Source: Ranitomeya imitator
Lineage: Eukaryota
DNA: 64,000 bases
Assembly (NCBI RefSeq): GCF_032444005.1
Contig: NC_091283.1
Span: 602,950,001 to 603,014,000 of the forward strand
Direction: 5' to 3'
The number at the start of each line of letters is the position of its first letter. The first letter of the stretch is position 1. The notes under the pieces are model-generated. The model did not search any database and was not told where the DNA came from. It was given only the letters and a program-made list of their open reading frames with translations. Below, one piece after another: positions 24,470 to 37,700 of the stretch. The position numbers were made by a program, and so were the translations under genes.

Positions 24470-27400
24470 CCAAGAACCAGCTGATGGAACTGGAACTCGG
24501 ATGGCTACCCGAAGGTTCAAGAGCCTATGGAACTACCGAGGACCAGCTGACGTTACTGGAACCCGGTTACTAAGCAGGAGGTACCCGTGCTAAAAAGCAC
24601 TACCAAGGACCGCCTGACGTTGGCGGAACTCGGATACCCAGAAGGAGGCACCTAAGCCAAAGGCTCTGCCCGGAACCAGCTGACGGTACTGGAACCAGGA
24701 TGGGGAGCAGAAGGTACAAGAGCAAAAGACACTGCCGAGAACCAGCTGACGGTACTGGAACCCGGATGGGTAGCCGAAGGTCCAAGAGCCAATGGAACTA
24801 CCGAGGACCAGCTGACGTTACTGGAACCCGGTTACTAAGCAGGAGGTACCCGTGCCCGAAAGCACTACCAAGGACCACCTGACGTTGGTGGAACTTGGAT
24901 ACCCAGAAGGAGGCACCTAAGCCAAAGGCTCTGCCCAGAACCAGCTGACGTTGTCAAGGTAAAAATATATGTCTTTATACACTTTTGTACTTTTATATAT
25001 TCTTATGCTGTGAAACAATAAGTTTTTCCCTTCGCTTGCTAATGCAAATTTAACTGTATTTAAGATGGCTGCCAGTATTCACTTTTGCCTTAGTTTTTGT
25101 ACTTGCCAAGAATCTACTTTCGTTTCTGAAGCTAAAGTATCGTTTCTGGAGAAATGGAAACTTAACAAGATGTGGACAAAGGAAGATTCATCAGATGATG
25201 TCATAGCCAATCAGAGGGACTGAATACTAGATACATTGCTTAAACCCCGCCTAACCCCGCCCTCTGCACACCTTCCCCCAATGGACTATATAATGTTATG
25301 TATATGAAATAAACAGTTCAGTTGCTGTGACGTTACACACGAGCGTGCAATGAGTTTGAACCAGCATTGTGTCTGACTCATTCTTATCCGGTACCAACAT
25401 GCTCCTAATCTGATTTGGAATGACTGTTGGATGAAGGGTATTGGCGTGACGACCCCGACAACGTTACTGGAACCAGGATGGGGAGCAGAAGGTACAAGAG
25501 CAAAAGACACTGCCGAGAACCAGCTGACGGTGCTGGAACCAGGTGGTGGACCTGAAGTCCCACAGGAGAGGAGAGAACAGCTAGGCCGCGAGGCAGCCGC
25601 AGTTACCGAACCCCAACAGTCCTACAGGGGGAGCTGGGCCTACTGGCACTACAGAACCAGCCTTGACTACCAGTTCACGCAGCCCACATAGGAAGCTCCT
25701 AAACTGGAGGCACCCTGGAGTTGGCTAACCCGACAGCACCACGACGGGGCAAGCATAGGCGTCTCAGTGAGCTTGACACAACCCGGAAACAGCTGACGGT
25801 GCTGAAACCAGGCTTGGCACGAGGGAGTACCTGTGTCAAAAACACTGCCGAGAACCAGCTGGCGTTGCTGGAACCCAGATGCGTTGCCCCAGTGTGCAAG
25901 AGCCAATGGCACGACCGAGGACCAGCTGGCGGTGCTGGAACCCGGTTACTAAGCTGTAGGTGCCCGCGCTTAAAAGCACTACCAAGGACCGCCTGACGTT
26001 GGCGGAACTCGGATACCCAGGAGGAGGCACCTAAGCCAAAGGATCGGCCTGGAACCAGCTGACGGTGCTGGAACCAGGTGGTGGACCCGAAGGTCCACAG
26101 GAGAGGAGAGAACAGCTAGGCCGCGAGGCAGCCGCAGTTACCGAACCCCAACAGTCCTACAGGGGGAGCTGGGCCTACTGGCACTACAGAACCAGCCTTG
26201 ACTACCAGATCACGCAGCCCACATAGGAAGCTCCAAAACTGGAGGCACCCTGGAGTTGGCTAACCCGACCGCAACACGACGGGGCAAGCATAGGCGTCTC
26301 AGTGAGCTTGACACAACCCGGAAACAGCTGACGGTGCTGAAACCAGGCTTGGCACGAGGGAGTACCTGTGACAAGAACACTGCCGAGAACCAGCTGGCGG
26401 TGCTGGAACCCAGATGCGTTGCCCCAGTGTGCAAGAGCCAATGGCACCGAGGACCAGCTGGCGGTGCGGGAACCCGGTTACTAAGCTGTAGGTGCCCGCG
26501 CTTAAAAGCACTACCAAGGACCGCCTGGCGTTGGCGGAACTCGGATACCCAGGAGGAGGCACCTAAGCCAAAGGCTCGGCCTGGAACCAGCTGACGGTGC
26601 TGGAACCAGGTGGTGGACCCGAAGGTCCACAGGAGAGGAGAGAACAGCTAGGCCACGAGGCAGCCGCAGTTACCGAACCCCAACAGTCCTACAGGGGGAG
26701 CTGGGCCTACTGGCACTACAGAACCAGCCTTGACTACCAGTTCACGCAGCCCACATAGGAAGCTCCTAAACTGGAGGCACCCTGGAGTTGGCTAACCCGA
26801 CAGCACCACGACGGGGCAAGCATAGGCGTCTCAGTGAGCTTGACACAACCCGGAAACAGCTGACGGTGCTGAAACCAGGCTTGGCACGAGGGAGTACCTG
26901 TGACAAGAACACTGCCGAGAACCAGCTGGCGGTGCTGGAACCCAGATGCGTTGCCCCAGTGTGCAAGAGCCAATGGCACGACCGAGGACCAGCTGGCGGT
27001 GCTGGAACCCGGTTACTAAGCTGTAGGTGCCCGCGCTTAAAAGCACTACCAAGGACCGCCTGGCGTTGGCGGAACTCGGATACCCAGGAGGAGGCACCTA
27101 AGCCAAAGGCTCGGCCTGGAACCAGCTGACGGTGCTGGAACCAGGTGGTGGACCCGAAGGTCCACAGGAGAGGAGAGAACAGCTAGGCCGCGAGGCAGCC
27201 GCAGTTACCGAACCCCAACAGTCCTACAGGGGGAGCTGGGCCTACTGGCACTACAGAACCAGCCTTGACTACCAGTTCACGCAGCCCACATAGGAAGCTC
27301 CAAAACTGGAGGCACCCTGGATTTGGCTAACCCGACCGCAACACGACGGGGCAAGCATAGGCGTCTCAGTGAGCTTGACACAACCCGGAAACAGCTGACG

Positions 27401-30400
27401 GTGCTGAAACCAGGCTTGGCACGAGGGAGTACCTGTGACAAGAACACTGCCGAGAACCAGCTGGCGGTGCTGGAACCCAGATGCGTTGCCCCAGTGTGCA
27501 AGAGCCAATGGCACCGAGGACCAGCTGGCGGTGCTGGAACCCAGTTACTAAGCTGTAGGTGCCCGCGCTTAAAAGCACTACCAAGGACCGCCTGGCGTTG
27601 GCGGAACTCGGATACCCAGGAGGAGGCACCTAAGCCAAAGGCTCGGCCTGGAACCAGCTGACGGTGCTGGAACCAGGTGGTGGACCCGAAGGTCCACAGG
27701 AGAGGAGAGAACAGCTAGGCCACGAGGCAGCCGCAGTTACCGAACCCCAACAGTCCTACAGGGGGAGCTGGGCCTACTGGCACTACAGAACCAGCCTTGA
27801 CTACCAGTTCACGCAGCCCACATAGGAAGCTCCTAAACTGGAGGCACCCTGGAGTTGGCTAACCCGACAGCACCACGACGGGGCAAGCATAGGCGTCTCA
27901 GTGAGCTTGACACAACCCGGAAACAGCTGACGGTGCTGAAACCAGGCTTGGCACGAGGGAGTACCTGTGACAAGAACACTGCCGAGAACCAGCTGGCGGT
28001 GCTGGAACCCAGATGCGTTGCCCCAGTGTGCAAGAGCCAATGGCACGACCGAGGACCAGCTGGCGGTGCTGGAACCCGGTTACTAAGCTGTAGGTGCCCG
28101 CGCTTAAAAGCACTACCAAGGACCGCCTGGCGTTGGCGGAACTCGGATACCCAGGAGGAGGCACCTAAGCCAAAGGCTCGGCCTGGAACCAGCTGACGGT
28201 GCTGGAACCAGGTGGTGGACCCGAAGGTCCACAGGAGAGGAGAGAACAGCTAGGCCGCGAGGCAGCCGCAGTTACCGAACCCCAACAGTCCTACAGGGGG
28301 AGCTGGGCCTACTGGCACTACAGAACCAGCCTTGACTACCAGTTCACGCAGCCCACATAGGAAGCTCCAAAACTGGAGGCACCCTGGATTTGGCTAACCC
28401 GACCGCAACACGACGGGGCAAGCATAGGCGTCTCAGTGAGCTTGACACAACCCGGAAACAGCTGACGGTGCTGAAACCTGGCTTGGCACGAGGGAGTACC
28501 TGTGACAAGAACACTGCCGAGAACCAGCTGGCGGTGCTGGAACCCAGATGCGTTGCCCCAGTGTGCAAGAGCCAATGGCACCGAGGACCAGCTGGCGGTG
28601 CTGGAACCCGGTTACTAAGCTGTAGGTGCCCGCGCTTAAAAGCACTACCAAGGACCGCCTGGCGTTGGCGGAACTCGGATACCCAGGAGGAGGCACCTAA
28701 GCCAAAGGCTCGGCCTGGAACCAGCTGACGGTGCTGGAACCAGGTGGTGGACCCGAAGGTCCACAGGAGAGGAGAGAACAGCTAGGCCGCGAGGCAGCCG
28801 CAGTTACCGAACCCCAACAGTCCTACAGGGGGAGCTGGGCCTACTGGCACTACAGAACCAGCCTTGACTACCAGTTCACGCAGCCCACATAGGAAGCTCC
28901 TAAACTGGAGGCACCCTGGAGTTGGCTAACCCGACAGCACCACGACGGGGCAAGCATAGGCGTCTCAGTGAGCTTAACACAACCCAGAAACAGCTGACGG
29001 TGCTGAAACCAGGCTTGGCACGAGGGAGTACCTGTGTCAAAAACACTGCCGAGAACCAGCTGGCGTTGCTGGAACCCAGATGCGTTGCCCCAGTGTGCAA
29101 GAGCCAATGGCACGACCGAGGACCAGCTGGCGGTGCTGGAACCCGGTTACTAAGCTGTAGGTGCCCGCGCTTAAAAGCACTACCAAGGACCGCCTGACAT
29201 TGGCGGAACTCGGATACCCAGGAGGAGGCACCTAAGCCAAAGGCTCGGCCTGGAACCAGCTGACGGTGCTGGAACCAGGTGGTGGACCCGAAGGTCCACA
29301 GGAGAGGAGAGAACAGCTAGGCCGCGAGGCAGCCGCAGTTACCGAACCCCAACAGTCCTACAGGGGGAGCTGGGCCTACTGGCACTACAGAACCAGCCTT
29401 GACTACCAGTTCACGCAGCCCACATAGGAAGCTCCAAAACTGGAGGCACCCTGGATTTGGCTAACCCGACCGCAACACGATGGGGCAAGCATAGGCGTCT
29501 CAGTGAGCTTGACACAACCCGGAAACAGCTGACGGTGCTGAAACCTGGCTTGGCACGAGGGAGTACCTGTGACAAGAACACTGCCGAGAACCAGCTGGCG
29601 GTGCTGGAACCCAGATGCGTTGCCCCAGTGTGCAAGAGCCAATGGCACCGAGGACCAGCTGGCGGTGCTGGAACCCGGTTACTAAGCTGTAGGTGCCCGC
29701 GCTTAAAAGCACTACCAAGGACCGCCTGGCGTTGGCGGAACTCGGATACCCAGGAGGAGGCACCTAAGCCAAAGGCTCGGCCTGGAACCAGCTGACGGTG
29801 CTGGAACCAGGTGGTGGACCCGAAGGTCCACAGGAGAGGAGAGAACAGCTAGGCCGCGAGGCAGCCGCAGTTACCGAACCCCAACAGTCCTACAGGGGGA
29901 GCTGGGCCTACTGGCACTACAGAACCAGCCTTGACTACCAGTTCACGCAGCCCACATAGGAAGCTCCTAAACTGGAGGCACCCTGGAGTTGGCTAACCCG
30001 ACAGCACCACGACGGGGCAAGCATAGGCGTCTCAGTGAGCTTGACACAACCCGGAAACAGCTGACGGTGCTGAAACCAGGCTTGGCACGAGGGAGTACCT
30101 GTGTCAAAAACACTGCCGAGAACCAGCTGGCGTTGCTGGAACCCAGATGCGTTGCCCCAGTGTGCAAGAGCCAATGGCACGACCGAGGACCAGCTGGCGG
30201 TGCTGGAACCCGGTTACTAAGCTGTAGGTGCCCGCGCTTAAAAGCACTACCAAGGACCGCCTGACATTGGCGGAACTCGGATACCCAGGAGGAGGCACCT
30301 AAGCCAAAGGCTCGGCCTGGAACCAGCTGACGGTGCTGGAACCAGGTGGTGGACCCGAAGGTCCACAGGAGAGGAGAGAACAGCTAGGCCGCGAGGCAGC

Positions 30401-31790
30401 CGCAGTTACCGAACCCCAACAGTCCTACAGGGGGAGCTGGGCCTACTGGCACTACAGAACCAGCCTTGACTACCAGTTCACGCAGCCCACATAGGAAGCT
30501 CCTAAACTGGAGGCACCCTGGAGTTGGCTAACCCGACAGCACCACGACGGGGCAAGCATAGGCGTCTCAGTGAGCTTGACACAACCCGGAAACAGCTGAC
30601 GGTGCTGAAACCAGGCTTGGCACGAGGGAGTACCTGTGACAAGAACACTGCCGAGAACCAGCTGGCGGTGCTGTAACCCAGATGCGTTGCCCCAGTGTGC
30701 AAGAGCCAATGGCACCGAGGACCAGCTGGCGGTGCTGGAACCCGGTTACTAAGCTGTAGGTGCCCACGCTTAAAAGCACTACCAAGGACCGCCTGGCGTT
30801 GGCGAAACTCGGATACCCAGGAGGAGGCACCTAAGCCAAAGGCTCGGCCTGGAACCAGCTGACGGTGCTGGAACCAGGTGGTGGACCCGAAGGTCCACAG
30901 GAGAGGAGAGAACAGCTAGGCCGCGAGGCAGCCGCAGTTACCGAACCCCAACAGTCCTACAGGGGGAGCTGGGCCTGCTGGCACTACAGAACCAGCCTTG
31001 ACTACCAGTTCACGCAGCCCACATAGGAAGCTCCTAAACTGGAGGCACCCTGGAGTTGGCTAACCCGACAGCACCATGACGGGGCAAGCATAGGCGTCTC
31101 AGTGAGCTTGACACAACCCGGAAAGAGCTGACGGTGCTGAAACCAGGCTTGGCACGAGGGAGTACCTGTGTCAAAAACACTGCCGAGAACCAGCTGGCGT
31201 TGCTGGATCCCAGATGCGTTGCCCCAGTGTGCAAGAGCCAATGGCACGACCGAGGACCAGCTGGCGGTGCTGGAACCCGGTTACTAAGCTGTAGGTGCCC
31301 GCGCTTAAAAGCACTACCAAGGACCGCCTGACGTTGGCGGAACTCGGATACCCAGGAGGAGGCACCTAAGCCAAAGGCTCGGCCCGGAACCAGCTGACGG
31401 TGCTGGAACCAGGTGGTGGACCCGAAGGCCCACAGGAGAGGAGAGAACAGCTAGGCCGCGAGGCAGCCACAGTTACCGAACCCCAACAGTCCTACAGGGG
31501 GAGCTGGGCCTACTGGCACTACAGAACCAGCCTTGACTACCAGTTCACGCAGCCCACATAGGAAGCTCCTAAACTGGAGGCACCCTGGAGTTGGCTAACC
31601 CGACCGCAACACGACGGGGCAAGCATAGGCGTCTCAGTGAGCTTGACACTACCCGGAAACAGCTGACGGTGCTGGAACCAGGTTTGGCACGAGGGAGTAC
31701 CAGTGACAAAAACACTGCCGAGAACCAGCTGGCGGTGCTGGAACCCAGATGCGTTGCCTATTAAAGATTGTCTTCCTAGAGCCCCAACTA
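24470..31790. repeat. Satellite array of about 533-bp units (about 12 homogeneous units from about 25520, with degenerate 265-bp precursors at 24470-24951)
   Basis: Equivalent positions recur at 25667, 26202, 26734, 27269, 27801, 28336, 28868, 29403, 29935, 30470, 31002 and 31537. Each unit is four about 66-bp subrepeats (CAGCTGRCGGTGCTGGAACC) plus about 267 bp. Confidence 0.97.
24952..25460 (+). mobile_element. Solo LTR (ERV/Gypsy type), 509 bp, inserted in the satellite
   Basis: TGTCAAGG...CCCCGACA termini. 4-bp TSD ACGT (24948-51, 25461-64) splits a CAGCTGACGTTACTGGAACC motif. Contains CCAAT, two CCCCGCC GC boxes, TATATAA (about 25287) and AATAAA (about 25308) in order. Confidence 0.9.
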
Positions 31791-34700
31791 GCGGTGCTGG
31801 AGCAAAGGGTAAGCAGGGGGAGCAGAGTGTAGGCCGAAGCCTGCACTGGAGGCAGCTTTGTGTCAGCGTTGCGTTTGCAGGACACTTTGCCGGCTACACA
31901 GTGTGGGAACAGCTGGCGTTGCTGAACCCCACTAACACAATGGCGGGTGTTTTTCTCTGTGCAGCTAGCACTTGCGGGCAAAAACTTGCGATGTTAGAGC
32001 CCGTGGTGAAGCAGGAGGAGGAGGAGAGGAGCAGAGTGTAGGCCGAAGCCTAGTTGAACCAATTTCAAAGGAAACCTTTAACCCCCCCTCAGGTGTTACA
32101 AACTACAAGAGACACACCTTGTGCAGTATTAATGCTGCACAAGTGAAAGGTTGCTCTATTAATTTGTCTACTTGCACACGCTGAATGAAAGACGTACACA
32201 ATTTAGCCCATTCTACAGTCAAACTGTAGTGGATGCGTGACTTGGCTTTTTAAGGAGACGCAGCACAGGTGTCCCAAATAACGCCTTGGTGCTTGGCGCA
32301 GCTTCCTGAGCGTTGTTATTTGCTGTACAGGAGTCTGCGCTCTTGTGTTATCCCTTGGCAATGCCCTGTTAGAGCTGCCCGTCTTATGACCTCATTTCAT
32401 GTTGGCCGGTGCGGTTAACGATGGCCATAAATCCCAGACCCACAGTGCCTTTTCATAAAGTCACACTGCGGTGCTGGGATTCGTGGCCTTGAGCAGTAAA
32501 TATTTTGGCCGCTCACACACGTCCTTACACCTGCTTCAGACTGGGCGGCCTCTGCTGATCCCTTCTCGCATGCCGCGGCCATGAGGCTGCACAGTCTGAA
32601 GAAGGCGGAAGGAGATGAGTTAAGACAGGCGAAGATATGCACTGCTCGTGCCCATCAATCACACCCTCGCAGTCAAAATATATGAGACAACGAGGGGCGT
32701 TGTGTCGGGCAGGGCGGACGCACAGGCACAGCCAGCCAACCAATGATGTCAGAAGACGGGCAGCGCTAACAATGGGGGTGCTGCGTGTCATTAGAAAGGA
32801 AAGTCACACCTCAGGGACAGTGGAATGGTCTCTAATGAGACACATTTTGTACGTGTTGAGTTCCACGTGGGCAAGGAGAAAAAGTCAGCCACCTTGTACA
32901 AATGCAGCAGTACTGCTGTACAAGGTGGCTGTTATACATAGAAACACCTGGGGGGGTGGGGCCAGGTTCCCTTTAATTTCAGTTCATGTGCCTGCGTGGT
33001 GTTTGCAGGTCAAGTTGCCGGCTACACAGCAGGGGAACAGCTGGCGGTGCTGAACCCCACTGACACATTGTCTGGTGTTTTTCTCTGTGCAGCTAGCACT
33101 TCCGGGCAGAAACTGGAGGTGTTTGAGCCCAGGGTCAGCAGGAGGAGGAGAGGAGCAGAGTGTAGGCCGAAGCCTGCACTGGTGGCAGCTTTTGGTCGGT
33201 TGTGCCAGCGTGGCTTGTGCTGGACACGATGTCGGCTACACAGCAGGGGAACAGCTGGCGGTGCTGAACCCCACTAACACATTGGCTGGTGTTTTTCTCT
33301 GTGCAGCTAGCATGTCCGGGCAGAAACTGGCGGTGTTTGAGCCCAGGGTCAGCAGGAGGAGGAGAGGAGCAGAGTGTAGGCCAAAGCCTGCACTGGTGGC
33401 AGCTTTTGGTCGGTTGTGCCAGCGTGGCTTGTGCTGGACACGATGTCGGCTACACAGCAGGGGAACAGCTGGCGGTGCTGAACCCCACTAACACATTGGC
33501 TGGTGTTTTTCTCTGTGCAGCTAGCATGTCCGGGCAGAAACTGGCGGTGTTTGAGCCCAGGGTCAGCAGGAGGAGGAGAGGAGCAGCGTGTAGGCCGAAG
33601 CCTGCACTGGTGGCAGCTTTTGGTCGGTTGTGCCAGCGTGGCTTGTGCTGGACACGATGTCGGCTACACAGCAGGGGAACAGCTGGCGGTGCTGAACCCC
33701 ACTAACACATTGGCTGGTGTTTTTCTCTGTGCAGCTAGCATGTCCGGGCAGAAACTGGCGGTGTTTGAGCCCAGGGTCAGCAGGAGGAGGAGAGGAGCAG
33801 AGTGTAGGCCGAAGCCTGCACTGGTGGCAGCTTTTGGTCGGTTGTGCCAGCGTGGCTTGTGCTGGACACGATGTCGGCTTCACAGCAGGGGAACAGCTGG
33901 CGGTGCTGAACCCCACTAACACATTGGCTGGTGTTTTTCTCTGTGCAGCTAGCATGTCCGGGCAGAAACTGGCGGTGTTTGAGCCAAGGGTCAGCAGGAG
34001 GAGGAGAGGAGCAGAGTGTAGGCCGAAGCCTAGTTGAACCAATTTCAAAGGTAACCTTTAACCCCCCCTCAGGTGTTGCAAGGTACAAGAGCCACACCTT
34101 GAACTGCAATAATGATGCACAAGTCAAAGGTTGCTCTCTTAATTTTGCTCCTTGCACACGCTGAATAAAACACGTACACTATTTAGCCCATTATACTGTC
34201 AAACAGTAGTGGAGGCGTGACTTGTCTTTTTAAGGAGACGCAGCACAGGTGTACAAATTTACACCTAGGTGCTGGGCGCAGATTCCTTACCGTTGTTATT
34301 TGCAGTACAGGAAACTGCGCTCTTGTGTTATCCCTTGGCAATACCCTGTTAGTGCAGGCCGTCTCATGACCTCATTTCATGTTGGCCGGTGCGGTTAACG
34401 ATGGCCATAAATCCCAGACCCACAGTGCCTTTTCCTAAAGTCACACTGCGGTGCTGGGATTCGTGGCCTTGTGCAGTAAATATGTCCGCCGCTCACACAT
34501 GTCCTTACACCTGCTTCAGACTGGGCGGCCTCAGCTGATCCCTTATCGCATGCCTCGGCCATGAGGCCGCACAGTCAGAAGAAGGCGGAAGGAGGGGAGT
34601 GAAGACAGGGGAACATATGCACTGCTCGTGCCCATCAATCACACCCTCGCAGTCAAAATATATGAGACAACGAGGGGCGTTGTGTCGGGCAGGGCGGACG

Positions 34701-37700
34701 CACAGGCACAGCCAGCCAACCAATGATGTCAGAAGACGGGCAGCGCTAACAATGGGGGTGCTGCGTGTCATTAGAAAGGAAAGTCACACCTCAGGGACAG
34801 TGGAATGGTCTCTAATGAGACACATTTTGTACGTGTTGAGTTCCACGTGGGCAAGGAGAAAAAGTCAGCCACCTTGTACAAATGCAGCAGTACTGCTGTA
34901 CAAGGTGGCTGTTATACATAGAAACACCTGGGTGGGTGGGGGGCAGGCTCCCTTCAATTTCAGTTCATGTGCCTGCGTGGCGTTTGCAGGTCACGTTGCC
35001 GGCTACACAGCAGGGGAACAACTGGCGTTGCTGAACCCCACTGACACATTGACTGGTGTTTTTCTCTGTGCAGCTCGCATGCCCGGGCAAAAACTGGCGG
35101 TGTTAGAGCCCAGGGTCAGCAGGAGGAGGAGAGGAGCAATGTGTAGGCCGAAGCCTGCACTGGTGGCAGCTTTTGGTCGGTTGTGCCAGCGTGGCTTGTG
35201 CTGGACACGATGCAAGCTACACAGCAGGGGAACAGCTGGCGTTGCTGAACCCCACTGACACATTGACTGGTGTTTTTCTCTGTGCAGCTCGCTTGTCCGG
35301 GCAAAAACTGGCGGTGTTAGAGCCCAGGGTCAGCAGGAGGAGGAGAGGAGCAATGTGTAGGCCGAAGCCTGCACTGTTGGCAGCTTTTGGTCGGTTGTGC
35401 CAGCGTGGCTTGTGCTGGACACGATGCAAGCTACACAGCAGGGGAACAGCTGGCGTTGCTGAACCCCACTGACACATTGACTGGTGTTTTTCTCTGTGCA
35501 GATCGCATGTCCGGGCAAAAACTGGCGGTGTTAGAGCCCAGGGTCAGCAGGAGGAGGAGAGGAGCAGAGTGTAGGCCGAAGCCTAGTTGAACCAATTTCA
35601 AAGGTTACCTTTAACCCCCCCTCAGGTGTTGCAAGGTACAAGAGCCACACCTTGTGCAGCATTAATGCTGCACAAGTAAAAGGTTGCTCTATTTAGTTTG
35701 CTCCTTGCACACGCTGAATAAAACACGTACACTATTTAGCCCATTATACTGTCAAACAGTTGTGGAGGCGTGACTTGTCTTTTTAAGGAGACGCAGCACA
35801 GGTGTCAAAATTTGCACCTAGGTACTGGGCGCAGATTCCTGAGCGTTGTTATTTGCTGTACAGGAGTCTGCGCTATTGTGATCCCTTGGCCATGCGCTGT
35901 GAGCGCTTCCTGTCTTCTGACCTCATTTCATGTCGGCCGTTGCGGTTAGCGATGGACATGAATCCCAGACCCACAGTGTGTTTTCAAAAAATCACACTGC
36001 GTGGCTGGGATTCGTGGCCTTGTGCAGTAAATAGGTTTGCCGCTCACACATGTCCTTACACCTGCTTCAGACTGGGCGGCCTCAGCTGATCCCTTATCGC
36101 CTACCACGGCCAGGAGGCCGCACAGTCTGAAGAAGGTGGAAGGAGATGAGTTAAGACAGGCGAACATATGCACTGCTCGTGCCCATAAACCACACCCTCG
36201 CTGACAAAATAAATATGACAACGAGGGGTGTTGTTTCTAGCAGGGCGGATGCACAGGCGCAGCCAGCTAACCATGATGACAAAAGACGGGAAACGCTACC
36301 AAGGGGGGTGCTGCGTATCATTAGAAAGGAAAGTCACACCTCAGGGACAGTGGAATGGTCTCAATGAGACACATTTTGTACGTGTTGAGTTCCACGTGGG
36401 CAAGGAGAAAAAGTCAGCCACCTTGTACAAATGCAGCAGTACTGCTGTACTAGGTGGCTGTTATACATAGAAACACCTGGGGGGGTGGGGCCAGGTTCCC
36501 TTTAATTTCAGTTCATGTGCCTGCGTGGCGTTTGCAGGTCACGTTGCCGGCTACACAGCAGGGGAACAGCTGGCGGTGCTGAACCCCACTAACACATTGG
36601 CTGGTGTTTTTCTCTGTGCAGCTAGCACTTCCGGGCAAAAACTAGCGGTGTTTGAGCCCAGGGTCAGCAGGAGGAGGAGAGGAGCAGAGTGTAGGCCGAA
36701 GCCTGCACTGGTGGCAGCTTTTGTTCTGTTGTGCCAGCGTGGCTTGTGCTGGACACGTTGCCGACTACACAGCAGGGGAACAGCTGGCGGTGCTGAACCC
36801 CACTGACACATCACCTAGTGTTTTTTCTGTGTAGACAACACTTCCAGGTGGCAACTGACAGTGTTGAAACCCAGGGAATCAAAGAGGAGCAGAGTGTAGG
36901 CCGAAGCCTGCAGTGGAACAAGTTGAAAGGGAACCTTTAACTTCCCCCCAGGCATTTGTTGCTGAAAGAGCCATCTTGTACAGCAGTAATACTGCACATG
37001 GAAAATGGTGGCTCCGAAAATTATGCTCCTTGCAAACGCTGAAGTACACACTCATATAATGTGTCCCCTCACACCGTCAAACCATCCCGGAAGTGGGACT
37101 TTCCTTTGTAATGTGACACAGCACAGCCGTCATTCCAACCCCCTTGGTGCCGGGCGCCACCTCCTCAACGTTGTTTGGTTCTGTCACGGAGCCCGCGCTG
37201 TAATGTTATCCCTTGGCCATGCACAGTTAGCGGTGCCCGTCTTCTGACATCATGTAGGTGTCAGGCTGGCAGTGCCTGTTCGTCCAAGCTGCCCTAGATC
37301 CAACCTTGCAGTGTCATCTAATGTAGTCCCACTGCGGGCCAGGGATCCATGGGCATGCGCAGTGCATATCATCGCCTCTCACTCACCTCCTTCCTGCTTC
37401 TTCAGACTGTGCGGCGTCACGGCCGTGGCATGCTATTAGGGATCAGCTGACGCCGCCTAGTCTGAAGAAGCGTGAAGAAGGGGAGTGAGAGGCTAGTATA
37501 TGCACTGCGCATGGCCATGGATACCAGGCCCACTGTGGGATCACATTAGACGACACTGCGAGGTGTGATTTCGGGCAGCGTGGACGCACAGGCGCAGCCA
37601 GGACGACAACAAATGATGTCAGAGGACGGGCAGCGCAAACTGTGCATGGCCAAGGGATAACATAACAGCGCAGGGTCCATGACGGAATCAAACAACGCTA

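Noticed and set aside
24168-24484. Mucin-like TTAETTTAE ORF and poly-Ser/Arg/Val ORFs
   Set aside because: A 15-bp tandem repeat is open in all frames. There are no splice signals or flanking coding context.
25667-31365. Recurrent 64-113-aa ORFs (MANPTA..., MPLALAHW..., MHTGATHL...) on both strands
   Set aside because: They are by-products of GC-rich tandem repeats. They overlap in several frames, have no recognisable domain, and gain or lose stops between units.
24470-31790. CRISPR-like look: conserved about 20-bp motif alternating with about 45-bp variable segments
   Set aside because: The spacers repeat identically in every 533-bp unit, there are no cas genes, and the context is a spliced eukaryotic locus. 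It is a satellite.
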